Position numbers and translations under genes: made by a program
Part shown: in pieces, positions 30,136 through 38,644 of the stretch
Layout of the letters: each line of letters begins with the position of its first letter
Position numbering within the stretch: the first letter of the stretch is position 1
From: Bacilli bacterium
Lineage (GTDB): Bacteria > Bacillota_I > Bacilli_A > RFN20 > CAG-826
DNA: 64,000 nt
Assembly (NCBI GenBank): GCA_024408565.1
Contig: JAKSUW010000003.1
Span: 2,060 to 66,059 of the forward strand
Reading direction: 5' to 3'
Notes under the pieces: model-generated
Seen by the model: the letters and a program-made list of their open reading frames with translations, nothing else
Told to the model about the DNA's origin: nothing
Databases searched by the model: none

Positions 30136-30672
30136 ATGAAACTCTTAAATATTAAAGATTTAAAAATTAATCCAATTGATTTAATTGGTAATCAATGGAT
30201 GCTAGTTAGTGCTGGCAAGAAAAACAAATTTAACACCATGACCGCTTCTTGGGGTCAAATTGGCGCGCTCTGGGGACATGGATTAAATGGAAAAGGGACG
30301 GTGACTATTTTTATCCGTCCGAGTCGATATACGGATAAATTTATTAATGCTAATAAGTGTTTTTCGTTAAGTTTCTTTGCTGATAAATATAAAAAAGATT
30401 TAGCTTATTTAGGTTCTCATTCCGGTCGTGATGAAGACAAAATTAGTAAGACTAATTTACACGTTAAATTTATGGATCAAGTTCCCGCCTTTAAAGAAGC
30501 TAGTCTAGTTTTAATTTGTAAAAAAATCTATAAAGGAAAAATTAACCAAAAAGGCTTTATTGATAAAAGTATCATTACCTCTTTTTACAAAAACACCACT
30601 AAGAATATCTACAATAATTCTTCGTATCATAACGTTTATATTGGCGAAATCTTAAAAATATATACAAAATAG
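30136..30672 (+). CDS. flavin reductase-like (FMN-binding split-barrel) protein
   Basis: The NTMTASWGQIGALWG block is typical of the flavin-reductase-like domain. 178 aa. TATAAT lies 6 nt before the ATG. Confidence 0.55.
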   Translation: MKLLNIKDLKINPIDLIGNQWMLVSAGKKNKFNTMTASWGQIGALWGHGLNGKGTVTIFIRPSRYTDKFINANKCFSLSFFADKYKKDLAYLGSHSGRDEDKISKTNLHVKFMDQVPAFKEASLVLICKKIYKGKINQKGFIDKSIITSFYKNTTKNIYNNSSYHNVYIGEILKIYTK

Positions 30673-30683
30673 TTATCAATATG

Positions 30684-30703
30684 GCGCCTTTACATTAATC
30701 AGC
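30684..30703 (+). repeat. third, more degenerate copy of the tRNA-end remnant
   Basis: GCGCCTTTACATTAATCAGC vs GCGCCTTTCCGTTAGTCGGC (30059-30078): 16 of 20 identical. Confidence 0.4.
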
Positions 30704-30850
30704 TCAGTGCAACAAAGAAAAATCACAATCATATTTTTGACAAACTAGCTAAGCGAAAATAATGTATAATAAAAACGATAATATTTAAGGAATAAATTCT
30801 ATCGCGGAACAAAAAATATATTGCTAGCCATTTCTAGGAGAAAATATCGT

Positions 30851-31312
30851 ATGAAGTTAAGTTACGAACAGATTCATTTTAAACGGATTTTTCGGGTTTT
30901 TAATGTATCTAGCATCATTAGTATGACCATTTCTTCGTTTGCCTTATTAGCGTCATCACTAAAATCTAATCTTGTCGATATCCAAGAGCAATTGGCTTTA
31001 TCCTTACAGATTCTTTCAATTATTAACTTTGTTAATTGTTTGTTATGGCTTTTTGCGGCAATCGTCATTTTAGCGAATGTAAGCGAAATTAAAAAAGTCG
31101 GTATTATTAATTCGACCCGGATGACGAAAGCGTTCCTCTTCTTCTCGGTTCCACTTATTTTATTAGCAAACATTGCCCAAATCATCGTCCTTTTCCTTAA
31201 CGAAAAGATCTTAGGGCCGGAAACAGTCAATATTATGTCTACCGCGATGCCAATCTTAATTTCCTTTGGCTTTCTTGTTTCTCAAGGCGTTACGTATAAC
31301 AGATTAAAATAA
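30851..31312 (+). CDS. hypothetical small membrane protein
   Basis: Four hydrophobic helices. The ATG at 30851 has AGGAG 9 nt upstream, which makes it preferable to the TTG at 30821. Confidence 0.55.
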   Translation: MKLSYEQIHFKRIFRVFNVSSIISMTISSFALLASSLKSNLVDIQEQLALSLQILSIINFVNCLLWLFAAIVILANVSEIKKVGIINSTRMTKAFLFFSVPLILLANIAQIIVLFLNEKILGPETVNIMSTAMPILISFGFLVSQGVTYNRLK

Positions 31313-31394
31313 GTAAGACCGTCATTTTTAATGAAAAATAAACTATCTTGCGGGGAAGTTAATATTGTTATACAATATCTTTACAAAAAGATTT

Positions 31395-31414
31395 GTAGTT
31401 ATTTTTATAACTAC
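31395..31414 (+). promoter_or_regulatory. 5'-UTR stem-loop just upstream of the STAS gene's SD
   Basis: GTAGTTAT-TTTT-ATAACTAC (perfect 8-bp stem) ends 6 nt before AAGGAG. Confidence 0.35.
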
Positions 31415-31430
31415 GGTTTAAGGAGAACTT

Positions 31431-31730
31431 ATGAAGGTAACTCAAACTAAAAAAGACAATGCGACTATTGTTATGGTCGAAGGCCGTTTAGAGACTGGCA
31501 CGGCACCAGAACTCGAAATGGAATTAAACAAGATTGTGCCAACGTGCCAAAATCTTGTTTTAGATTTTTCCAAACTTGAATATGTTTCAAGCGCGGGTCT
31601 CCGGGTTTTATTAACTGCCCAAAAGACGATGAACGCCCGTGGTGGTAGCATGAAGATTACGAACATTAACGAAATTGTCCGTGAAGTCTTTAATATCACT
31701 GGCTTTACTTCTATTTTAACCATTGAATAA
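31431..31730 (+). CDS. STAS-domain anti-sigma-factor antagonist (SpoIIAA/RsbV-like)
   Basis: 99 aa. The phosphorylatable-Ser context LEYVSSAGLRVLL matches the DSSGL-type motif. Confidence 0.85.
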   Translation: MKVTQTKKDNATIVMVEGRLETGTAPELEMELNKIVPTCQNLVLDFSKLEYVSSAGLRVLLTAQKTMNARGGSMKITNINEIVREVFNITGFTSILTIE

Positions 31731-31747
31731 ACTCTAGACATCCCACA

Positions 31748-34561
31748 ATGGGTATCGGGGTCGGTCCAATTTTTGTCCTTATTGCAACCGCCTTATCGCC
31801 GACTGCATTGGCGGTTGTTTTACATCTCCTTGATAAAAAACTACCGACCTGGAACAAGCTTAATTATTGGCTTAAACAAATTATTATTGGTCTTGCCTTT
31901 ACGGGCGTGACCATTTTAATGTGTTGCTGTGGGGTTGAATATAGTGGCTTAGATAGTAACGTCGTCGGGCGCGAGATTGTCCAAATTGCTGGATCTTTCG
32001 GCGCTGCTTCTGCGGGTCCCATGATTGCGGGTATCGCTTTTGGTTGGCCTGCTGGTCTTATTACTGGTGCTTTATCCGGTCTATTCCGTGGTTTATATTC
32101 TTTACGGATTGCAACCGATTATTTAGCCATCCCTGAATGTATTACTTTATTAATCTCAGGCCTAGTGGCTGCTATCTTACGTCGCTTCTTATTTAGCAAT
32201 AAAAAACCAAAATGGGGCTATGGCCTTATTCTTGGTATTATGACCGAGACTATCCACATGATTATTTTCTTTGTGTGTGGTGTGCTTACCCGTAACGTGA
32301 CTTTTGCTTACGCGGTGATTCGGGTTTGCGATATTCCATGTGCGATTGCTGTTACCGGTTCTATCGTTTTAACTTTGTTAATTATTTCGATTATTGAAAA
32401 AGAGCGTATTGGTTATAATTTCCATGACCACACGATTACCGCGAAAGTTCGCCGCTGGATGCTTGGCTCATTCATGATGGCGATTATTGGGGCTTCATTA
32501 TTAACTTACTTTGCTTGTTCAACGCAAGCTTCGGTGGAAACCCATACAACGCTTGTCAACGCAGCGCGTGACTTAACTTATGAACTTGAAACCTCGGTAT
32601 GGGGATCAGTTGGGGGTTGGGATATTGCTCACAAAACAGATGATCCTGATGAACCGCCAATAAACGAATTAGCACCACTTGCTTATACGCGACGCATTCT
32701 TAACGATGGCTATTTAGCGATCATAGGAATAACGAGTAATTATACTGATCCGATAATAGATGCAGATAATCAGTCGCCTTTTAATGTAATAACCGGAGGA
32801 ATTTATAGCACATGTGCTGAGTTAACTGCTTATTTGCCTGATCCATCCGAACCTTATATTTTTTACTTTTCAGATGAAAAGGGTGAAAAGAATTTTCCGA
32901 TTAATGATCCGAGTATTGAAGAAAAATTTACCGACACCATTAATATTCCATTGGGTTTAGAAACTGATCAATATGATAATCACAAAATGACACCGATGTT
33001 TAAAACATATTTACGTGATGCTGAAGGTGATCATCAATTATATCCAATGATGGTGCTAATTATGCGGGCACGAGTAACCGGTGATAATGATATAACCATT
33101 ACACAAGAATTTGATGTTATTTCGGTTTTACCACTCCTTGAAGCTCAAACGAGCATGGGTCTTTCCTTACGCATTGCGATTTATATTGAGCTCTTAATCT
33201 TTATCGCCATTTATACGGTTATTTATACCTTCATTAAGAATGCGGTCGTCTCCAATATTCATAGAGTAAATAACTCCTTACAAAAGATCACTGGCGGTAA
33301 TTTAGGGGTGAAAGTGAATGTTCGTTCAAGTGAAGAATTCGCTTCCTTATCCGATGACATTAATACTACAGTAGATACTTTAAAACACTATATTGATCAA
33401 GCGAACCGCCGGATTGATGATGAATTAAGATTCGCCAAAGAAATTCAACACGGCGCATTAACTAACGTCTTCCCAGTGAAAGATAATTACGATCTACACG
33501 CCTTAATGTCTACCGCCAAAGAAGTCGGTGGTGACTTCTATGACTTCTATCCACTGGACGAAAACCGGTTAGTTATTTCAATCTGTGACGTCTCGGGTAA
33601 AGGAATTCCAGCGGCGATGTTTATGATGCGTTCCAAGACGATTATTAAATCCTATATCACGAACCAAGATTACACGTTAAGTGAAGCGATTACGCGCGTT
33701 AATAACGAATTATGCGCGAATAACGAAGCGATGATGTTTGTGACTGGTTGGTTTGGTATCTTACATCTTGATACAGGTGTCCTTGAATTCTGTAACGCTG
33801 GTCATAACCCACCGTTAATTAAACAGAATGGTATGTTTAACTATCTAAAGATGCCAGCGGGTTTAGTCTTAGCGGGTATGGAAGATATTCCTTATAAACT
33901 TAATTCGATTACATTAAAACCAGGTGATGAAATCTTCTTATACACCGACGGCGTCACGGAAGCAACGAGTAAACAAGTGAAACTCTATGGCGAAGACCGA
34001 TTAGTAAATCTCCTTAATAACGCTCAATATCATAGCGCCAAAGGATTACTTGATATCGTGAAGCAAGATGTCGATCTCTTCCAAGCGGATGTGAGTCAAG
34101 CCGATGATATTACGATGCTTGCCGTTCGCTATAAGCCTAGCGCCACTTTTGCTGAACAAAAAGTCGTAATTAATCCGCGCTTAGACGAAATTAAGGATGT
34201 CATTAACTTTGTTAATAAGGCGTTAGTGATGGCGCACGTGGAGAAGAAACATATTGCGCAAATTGATATTGGTCTCGACGAAATTTTATCCAATGTCGTC
34301 TTAAGAACTTATCATTTCGAAAATGGTAAAGTCATTGTTGGCTTTGAAATTAAGAGTGATGTCTGCACGATTACGATTGAAGATAATGGTAAAGAAACTA
34401 ATTTTGCCGAAAGCATTAATCAAGCGCACCCCGGTTTAGCGCTCACGGAAGAAAATATTCCGACGATTGGCTTATTACTAGTAAAGAAGACCATGCACTC
34501 AATCCATTATCAATTTAAAGATAATAAGAATGTTTTAGTGGTGAAAAAGCATATAAAATAA
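31748..34561 (+). CDS. membrane sensor fusion: LytS-type 5TM domain, extracytoplasmic domain, HAMP, PP2C (SpoIIE/RsbU) phosphatase and RsbW-like HATPase domain
   Basis: PP2C blocks are EVGGDFYDF, CDVSGKGIPAAMFM, YTDGVTEA and DDITMLAV. The C-terminal 130 aa have an N-box-like DEILSNVV, EDNGKE and IGLLLVKK, as in anti-sigma kinases. The N-terminus has 5-6 TM helices, with one more helix before a HAMP-like linker. Confidence 0.75.
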   Translation: MGIGVGPIFVLIATALSPTALAVVLHLLDKKLPTWNKLNYWLKQIIIGLAFTGVTILMCCCGVEYSGLDSNVVGREIVQIAGSFGAASAGPMIAGIAFGWPAGLITGALSGLFRGLYSLRIATDYLAIPECITLLISGLVAAILRRFLFSNKKPKWGYGLILGIMTETIHMIIFFVCGVLTRNVTFAYAVIRVCDIPCAIAVTGSIVLTLLIISIIEKERIGYNFHDHTITAKVRRWMLGSFMMAIIGASLLTYFACSTQASVETHTTLVNAARDLTYELETSVWGSVGGWDIAHKTDDPDEPPINELAPLAYTRRILNDGYLAIIGITSNYTDPIIDADNQSPFNVITGGIYSTCAELTAYLPDPSEPYIFYFSDEKGEKNFPINDPSIEEKFTDTINIPLGLETDQYDNHKMTPMFKTYLRDAEGDHQLYPMMVLIMRARVTGDNDITITQEFDVISVLPLLEAQTSMGLSLRIAIYIELLIFIAIYTVIYTFIKNAVVSNIHRVNNSLQKITGGNLGVKVNVRSSEEFASLSDDINTTVDTLKHYIDQANRRIDDELRFAKEIQHGALTNVFPVKDNYDLHALMSTAKEVGGDFYDFYPLDENRLVISICDVSGKGIPAAMFMMRSKTIIKSYITNQDYTLSEAITRVNNELCANNEAMMFVTGWFGILHLDTGVLEFCNAGHNPPLIKQNGMFNYLKMPAGLVLAGMEDIPYKLNSITLKPGDEIFLYTDGVTEATSKQVKLYGEDRLVNLLNNAQYHSAKGLLDIVKQDVDLFQADVSQADDITMLAVRYKPSATFAEQKVVINPRLDEIKDVINFVNKALVMAHVEKKHIAQIDIGLDEILSNVVLRTYHFENGKVIVGFEIKSDVCTITIEDNGKETNFAESINQAHPGLALTEENIPTIGLLLVKKTMHSIHYQFKDNKNVLVVKKHIK

Positions 34562-34578
34562 TTTAAGGAGAAGATTTT

Positions 34579-35571
34579 ATGCGTCGATTAAAGAATTTAA
34601 ACATCATTCAACTAGTGATTAACATTTTGCTAGTGATAGGTGAAGCCATCGGCTTATACTTTGTTATTACTTCCGCAATGAGTGGAGGCACTTCGCCTGT
34701 CGAGTTATTACGGTTTTATACTGAATTAACCGCCATCATTACTGGCGTAGTGGCTCTAATGAGCATTGTCCCGAATATCATCGGTATGAAAAAGAAACAA
34801 AACGCTACACCTCATTGGCTATTTACACTTGGCTATATTAGTGCGGTAATGAACATTTTGACACTGCTCGTCGTCGCGGTCATCTTACGTCCGGCGATGA
34901 CGCAGTTTGATGCGTTATTTGATGTAAAAAGTGGCTCACTTTTTCAACATTTCCTTTGCCCATTACTATCACTAATTCTTTTCTTCTTCTTTGCGATTGC
35001 TTCCAAAGCCAAATTTCGCCAAACCTTTGTACCGTTACTTGTGACGGTAACTTACGCAGTCGCAATTCTCCTTGGTATTGTCATCATTCGTTATACCCAA
35101 GGCGTCGAAGCTGCCATTAAGTTTGCGCCTTATCCTTTCTTTAAGATTCTTCCTGAACTTGATCCCGAGAATTGGGTGAAAAACCTTATCACCGCATTCG
35201 TTGTTTTAGCCGGTACTTATGTTATTTCCTTCCTCGCTTGGTGCGTTAACCGCTTGATGTCATTAATTGTGATTGGTTATGCCTACCAAAGCGGCAAGAA
35301 ACAAGTTAAGACGACTCGCGATAGTCTTGATGCCTTAGGAACCGAACAAGAAAACTATAGCAACGTTTACCACATTTCTTATCATGACCGTCGGCTTAAG
35401 ACGTGGAAGGTAAAAAGTGAAGGGGCGAAACGCGCGATTAAAGTTTTTAATACCCAAAAAGACGCCATTGAATACGCGAACGGCCAAGTGAAACTTCATG
35501 GCGGTTCAATTCGGATTCATTCGATGGTCGGTCGGATCCGGCGCGATTGGCAAAAGAACCCACGTGGTTAA
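34579..35571 (+). CDS. polytopic membrane protein with a C-terminal DUF2188-like domain
   Basis: About 230 aa of TM helices are followed by YHISYHDRRLKTWKVKSEGAKRAIKVFNTQKDAIEYA, which resembles DUF2188. Confidence 0.5.
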   Translation: MRRLKNLNIIQLVINILLVIGEAIGLYFVITSAMSGGTSPVELLRFYTELTAIITGVVALMSIVPNIIGMKKKQNATPHWLFTLGYISAVMNILTLLVVAVILRPAMTQFDALFDVKSGSLFQHFLCPLLSLILFFFFAIASKAKFRQTFVPLLVTVTYAVAILLGIVIIRYTQGVEAAIKFAPYPFFKILPELDPENWVKNLITAFVVLAGTYVISFLAWCVNRLMSLIVIGYAYQSGKKQVKTTRDSLDALGTEQENYSNVYHISYHDRRLKTWKVKSEGAKRAIKVFNTQKDAIEYANGQVKLHGGSIRIHSMVGRIRRDWQKNPRG

Positions 35572-35599
35572 TTCCTTTATACTAGTTCTATAGTCATGG

Positions 35600-35619
35600 G
35601 TGTACTTTATAAAGTACAC
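35600..35619. promoter_or_regulatory. perfect 20-bp palindrome upstream of the dnaE promoter
   Basis: GTGTACTTTA|TAAAGTACAC lies 23 nt upstream of TATAAT (35643-48). No T-tract follows it. Confidence 0.35.
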
Positions 35620-35656
35620 AACCTATTATATGATATTTATAGTATAATTTATTCCC

Positions 35657-38644
35657 ATGGCTTTTGTTCGTTTACACGTTAATTCAGTCTATACCTATTT
35701 GGGTAGTGCTTTAACCGTGAAGCAACTAGTAAAAAATAGCGAAAATTATGCAGCGTTAACTGATTTTAATTCCTTAGTCGCCAGTGTCTCTTTCTTTCGC
35801 GAATGTGCGGCAAAAAAGATTAAACCAATTCTCGGTCTCGATTTAAAGATTGATGATAATCTTTTAACCTTTATCGTCAAAAACGAAGAAGGTTATAAGA
35901 ATCTACTTTATCTAAGTAAACTTTATAACACCGACGCTTTAACTTTAAAAACCTTAACTGGTCACACAAAAGGTTTAGCGGTAGTTATTTCTTCAATTGA
36001 ATCTAGTTTATATGGGAAACTCGAAAATCGGGGTGAAGTCCAATTTGCTTATTACCTAAAAGCGTTTGATGATGCGATTGAAGACTTCTATATCGGTCTA
36101 GAAATTTATAACGACCTTGATAAAAAAGCGAGTAATAAACTCCGTTCATTCGCTCTTAAACGTAATTATTGTCTATTAGCTTTCCCCTATATCCGTTATT
36201 TAAAAAAGAGTGACGAGATTGTTTATCGTTTAGTGAAAGCAATCCAAGAAGATTCGCATCTAGATGAAAGTGTTAAAACGATGGATGGGGTGCATTATTT
36301 TTATTCGGATGAAGAAATTAACGCGTTATATGAACCAAGCGAAATCGCGCTTACTGAAAAGCTTGCCCAAGCCGTCGATTTTCATTTAATTAAAAAGCGG
36401 GGGACTTTAATCCATTATAGTGATCATAGCGATGAATTATTAAAAGAAACGGCTTATCGACTATTAGCAGAAAAAGTGGAGATTAATGAAGGCTACCAAA
36501 AGCGTTTAGACTACGAACTCGATGTCATTAAGAAGATGGGTTATAGCGATTATTTTTTAATCGTGATGGATTATGTAAAGTTCGCTAAAGACCACCAAAT
36601 TTATGTTGGTCCCGGGCGTGGTAGTGCGGGTGGATCATTAGTGGCTTATGCCCTTGATATTATTACTATTGACCCGATTAAAGCCCATCTATTATTTGAA
36701 CGCTTCTTAAATCCAGGCCGCTTAAGTATGCCAGATATTGACGTTGACTTTGAAGATACTAGACGCGAAGAAGTTGCGACATATTTACGTAATAAATACG
36801 GTAAGAACCGCGTGGGTAATATCATCACAAGTCAAACCATTATGGCCAAACAAGCCTTGCGGGATATTGGGCGCGTTTACCAAATTAAAGATTCCTATAT
36901 TGAACTTCTTTGTAAGGCGACGGGCGGCTATAACGATTTACACAACGCGTATCGTTATTCACCCGCGTTTAAACGGGTAGTTGATAGTGACCCATACTAT
37001 TTATTTATCGTCACGATGGCGAGTAAGATCGAAGGCTTCCCTCGACAAGCCGGAATGCACGCGGCGGGTGTTATTATTAACGATGAACCGCTTGATGAGT
37101 CAATCCCGGTTTATATCGATGGAATGGGTAATTATTTATCGCAGTTTGAGAAGGATGATTTAGAGACACTTGGTTATTTAAAGATGGACGTGCTTGGTTT
37201 AAGAAACCTCACGATTGTTCGTAATGTCATTGAAAGTGTGAATGATCCAAAATTGACTTACCAAACTTTACCTTATGATGACACGAAAGCGGTTAGCTTA
37301 ATCGCCACTGCGGAGACAATCGGTTTATTCCAACTTGAAAGTAAGGGTATGATTCGCACGATAAAAGAGTTTCGTCCGCGGGTGTTTGAAGATGTCGTGA
37401 GTTTAATCGCGCTTTATCGTCCTGGACCAATGAAATTTATTCCAAGCTTTATCGCGCGAAAAGAAGGTAAAGAAAAAATCATTTATCCATCAAATAAGAT
37501 TATTGATATTTTAAAGCCCACTTATGGCATTATCGTTTACCAAGAACAAATCATGGAAATTGTACGCGCGATGGCGGGCTTCTCCTTTAGTGAAGCCGAT
37601 TCCTTCCGCCGGGCGATTAGTAAGAAAAATGAAAGCATCTTAGCTAGTTTAAAATCATCCTTTATTGAGCGGTCAATTAAAAACGGAAGCAATCAAAAAG
37701 AAAGCGAAGAAGTGTTTAATTTAATTTATCGTTTCGCTAATTACGGCTTTAACCGGAGCCACGCGTACGCCTACGCTAAACTTGCGAACCAAATGGCATA
37801 TTTAAAATATCATTATCCGGCTGCCTTCTATGCGGCGGTATTAGATAATGGACATAATTTTAACGAAGTAATTCGCGAGATGCGGACACGTGGACTTACC
37901 ATTGCTTTGCCCGATATTAATTTAGCGAGCGATCACTATCAAGCGGTTGATAAAAAACTAGTGATGCCGTTAATTAGTATCCGCGGGATTCTTTCTCAAG
38001 CGGTGATGAGCATTATCAAAGAACGCGAAGAGCATGGTTTATACCGTGACTTTGTTGATTTTGTGGTGCGGGCGGTAGCAAGCAAAGTGAGCGCCACAAC
38101 GATTATGAAATTAATTGACGCCGGGGCGTTTGATAACTTTAAGTTAGGTCGTTCTTCTCTTCGCGCGGCTTTAGATAAAGTGATGGAATATGCGCGGCTT
38201 AAAGTTAATAGCCAAAATCAATTATCTTTAGACGATTCTTTATTACCGGCACCCAGGATTAAAACAGTGGTGGAAGATGAAGTTTATAATCTTGATAAAG
38301 AATTTGAAAGTCTTGGCGTGACCCTATCAAAATCGCCCCTTGATTTTTATCAAGAAGCGATTAAAAAAGCGGGAGCGATTTTAGTAAGTGAGATTAAAAA
38401 CCAAACGAATGTGAAAGTAGCGGGAATGATTAAATCAATTCGCCGGATTAAAACTAAAAAAGACCATAAGAGTATGTGCTTTATGAGTATTAGCGATAAT
38501 CTTGCTGAAATCTCGGTCACGGTGTTTAGCGATTTATACGGGAAGTTCTTAGAAGAACTTTCTAGTGCTAAAATAGTTATTGTCACGGGCCGCATTGATC
38601 GAGTCCGGGAGGAACTCATCGCGAGCGATTTAGAGATCTTATGA
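35657..38644 (+). CDS. dnaE: DNA polymerase III alpha subunit (DnaE type)
   Basis: N-terminal PHP domain and catalytic core GPGRGSAGGSLVAYALDIITIDP and MPDIDVDF. 995 aa. Confidence 0.9.
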   Translation: MAFVRLHVNSVYTYLGSALTVKQLVKNSENYAALTDFNSLVASVSFFRECAAKKIKPILGLDLKIDDNLLTFIVKNEEGYKNLLYLSKLYNTDALTLKTLTGHTKGLAVVISSIESSLYGKLENRGEVQFAYYLKAFDDAIEDFYIGLEIYNDLDKKASNKLRSFALKRNYCLLAFPYIRYLKKSDEIVYRLVKAIQEDSHLDESVKTMDGVHYFYSDEEINALYEPSEIALTEKLAQAVDFHLIKKRGTLIHYSDHSDELLKETAYRLLAEKVEINEGYQKRLDYELDVIKKMGYSDYFLIVMDYVKFAKDHQIYVGPGRGSAGGSLVAYALDIITIDPIKAHLLFERFLNPGRLSMPDIDVDFEDTRREEVATYLRNKYGKNRVGNIITSQTIMAKQALRDIGRVYQIKDSYIELLCKATGGYNDLHNAYRYSPAFKRVVDSDPYYLFIVTMASKIEGFPRQAGMHAAGVIINDEPLDESIPVYIDGMGNYLSQFEKDDLETLGYLKMDVLGLRNLTIVRNVIESVNDPKLTYQTLPYDDTKAVSLIATAETIGLFQLESKGMIRTIKEFRPRVFEDVVSLIALYRPGPMKFIPSFIARKEGKEKIIYPSNKIIDILKPTYGIIVYQEQIMEIVRAMAGFSFSEADSFRRAISKKNESILASLKSSFIERSIKNGSNQKESEEVFNLIYRFANYGFNRSHAYAYAKLANQMAYLKYHYPAAFYAAVLDNGHNFNEVIREMRTRGLTIALPDINLASDHYQAVDKKLVMPLISIRGILSQAVMSIIKEREEHGLYRDFVDFVVRAVASKVSATTIMKLIDAGAFDNFKLGRSSLRAALDKVMEYARLKVNSQNQLSLDDSLLPAPRIKTVVEDEVYNLDKEFESLGVTLSKSPLDFYQEAIKKAGAILVSEIKNQTNVKVAGMIKSIRRIKTKKDHKSMCFMSISDNLAEISVTVFSDLYGKFLEELSSAKIVIVTGRIDRVREELIASDLEIL

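Noticed and set aside
31442-31741. A 99-aa antisense ORF mirroring the STAS gene, and the many other short antisense ORFs inside long genes (for example 3033, 3157, 4244, 4881, 7499, 16357, 19075, 22934, 24323, 25408, 30874, 36738, 38650, 60689 and 62523)
   Set aside because: They are fully embedded in genes with strong motif support. They have no RBS and no recognisable motif, and such ORFs are typical of low-GC antisense frames.
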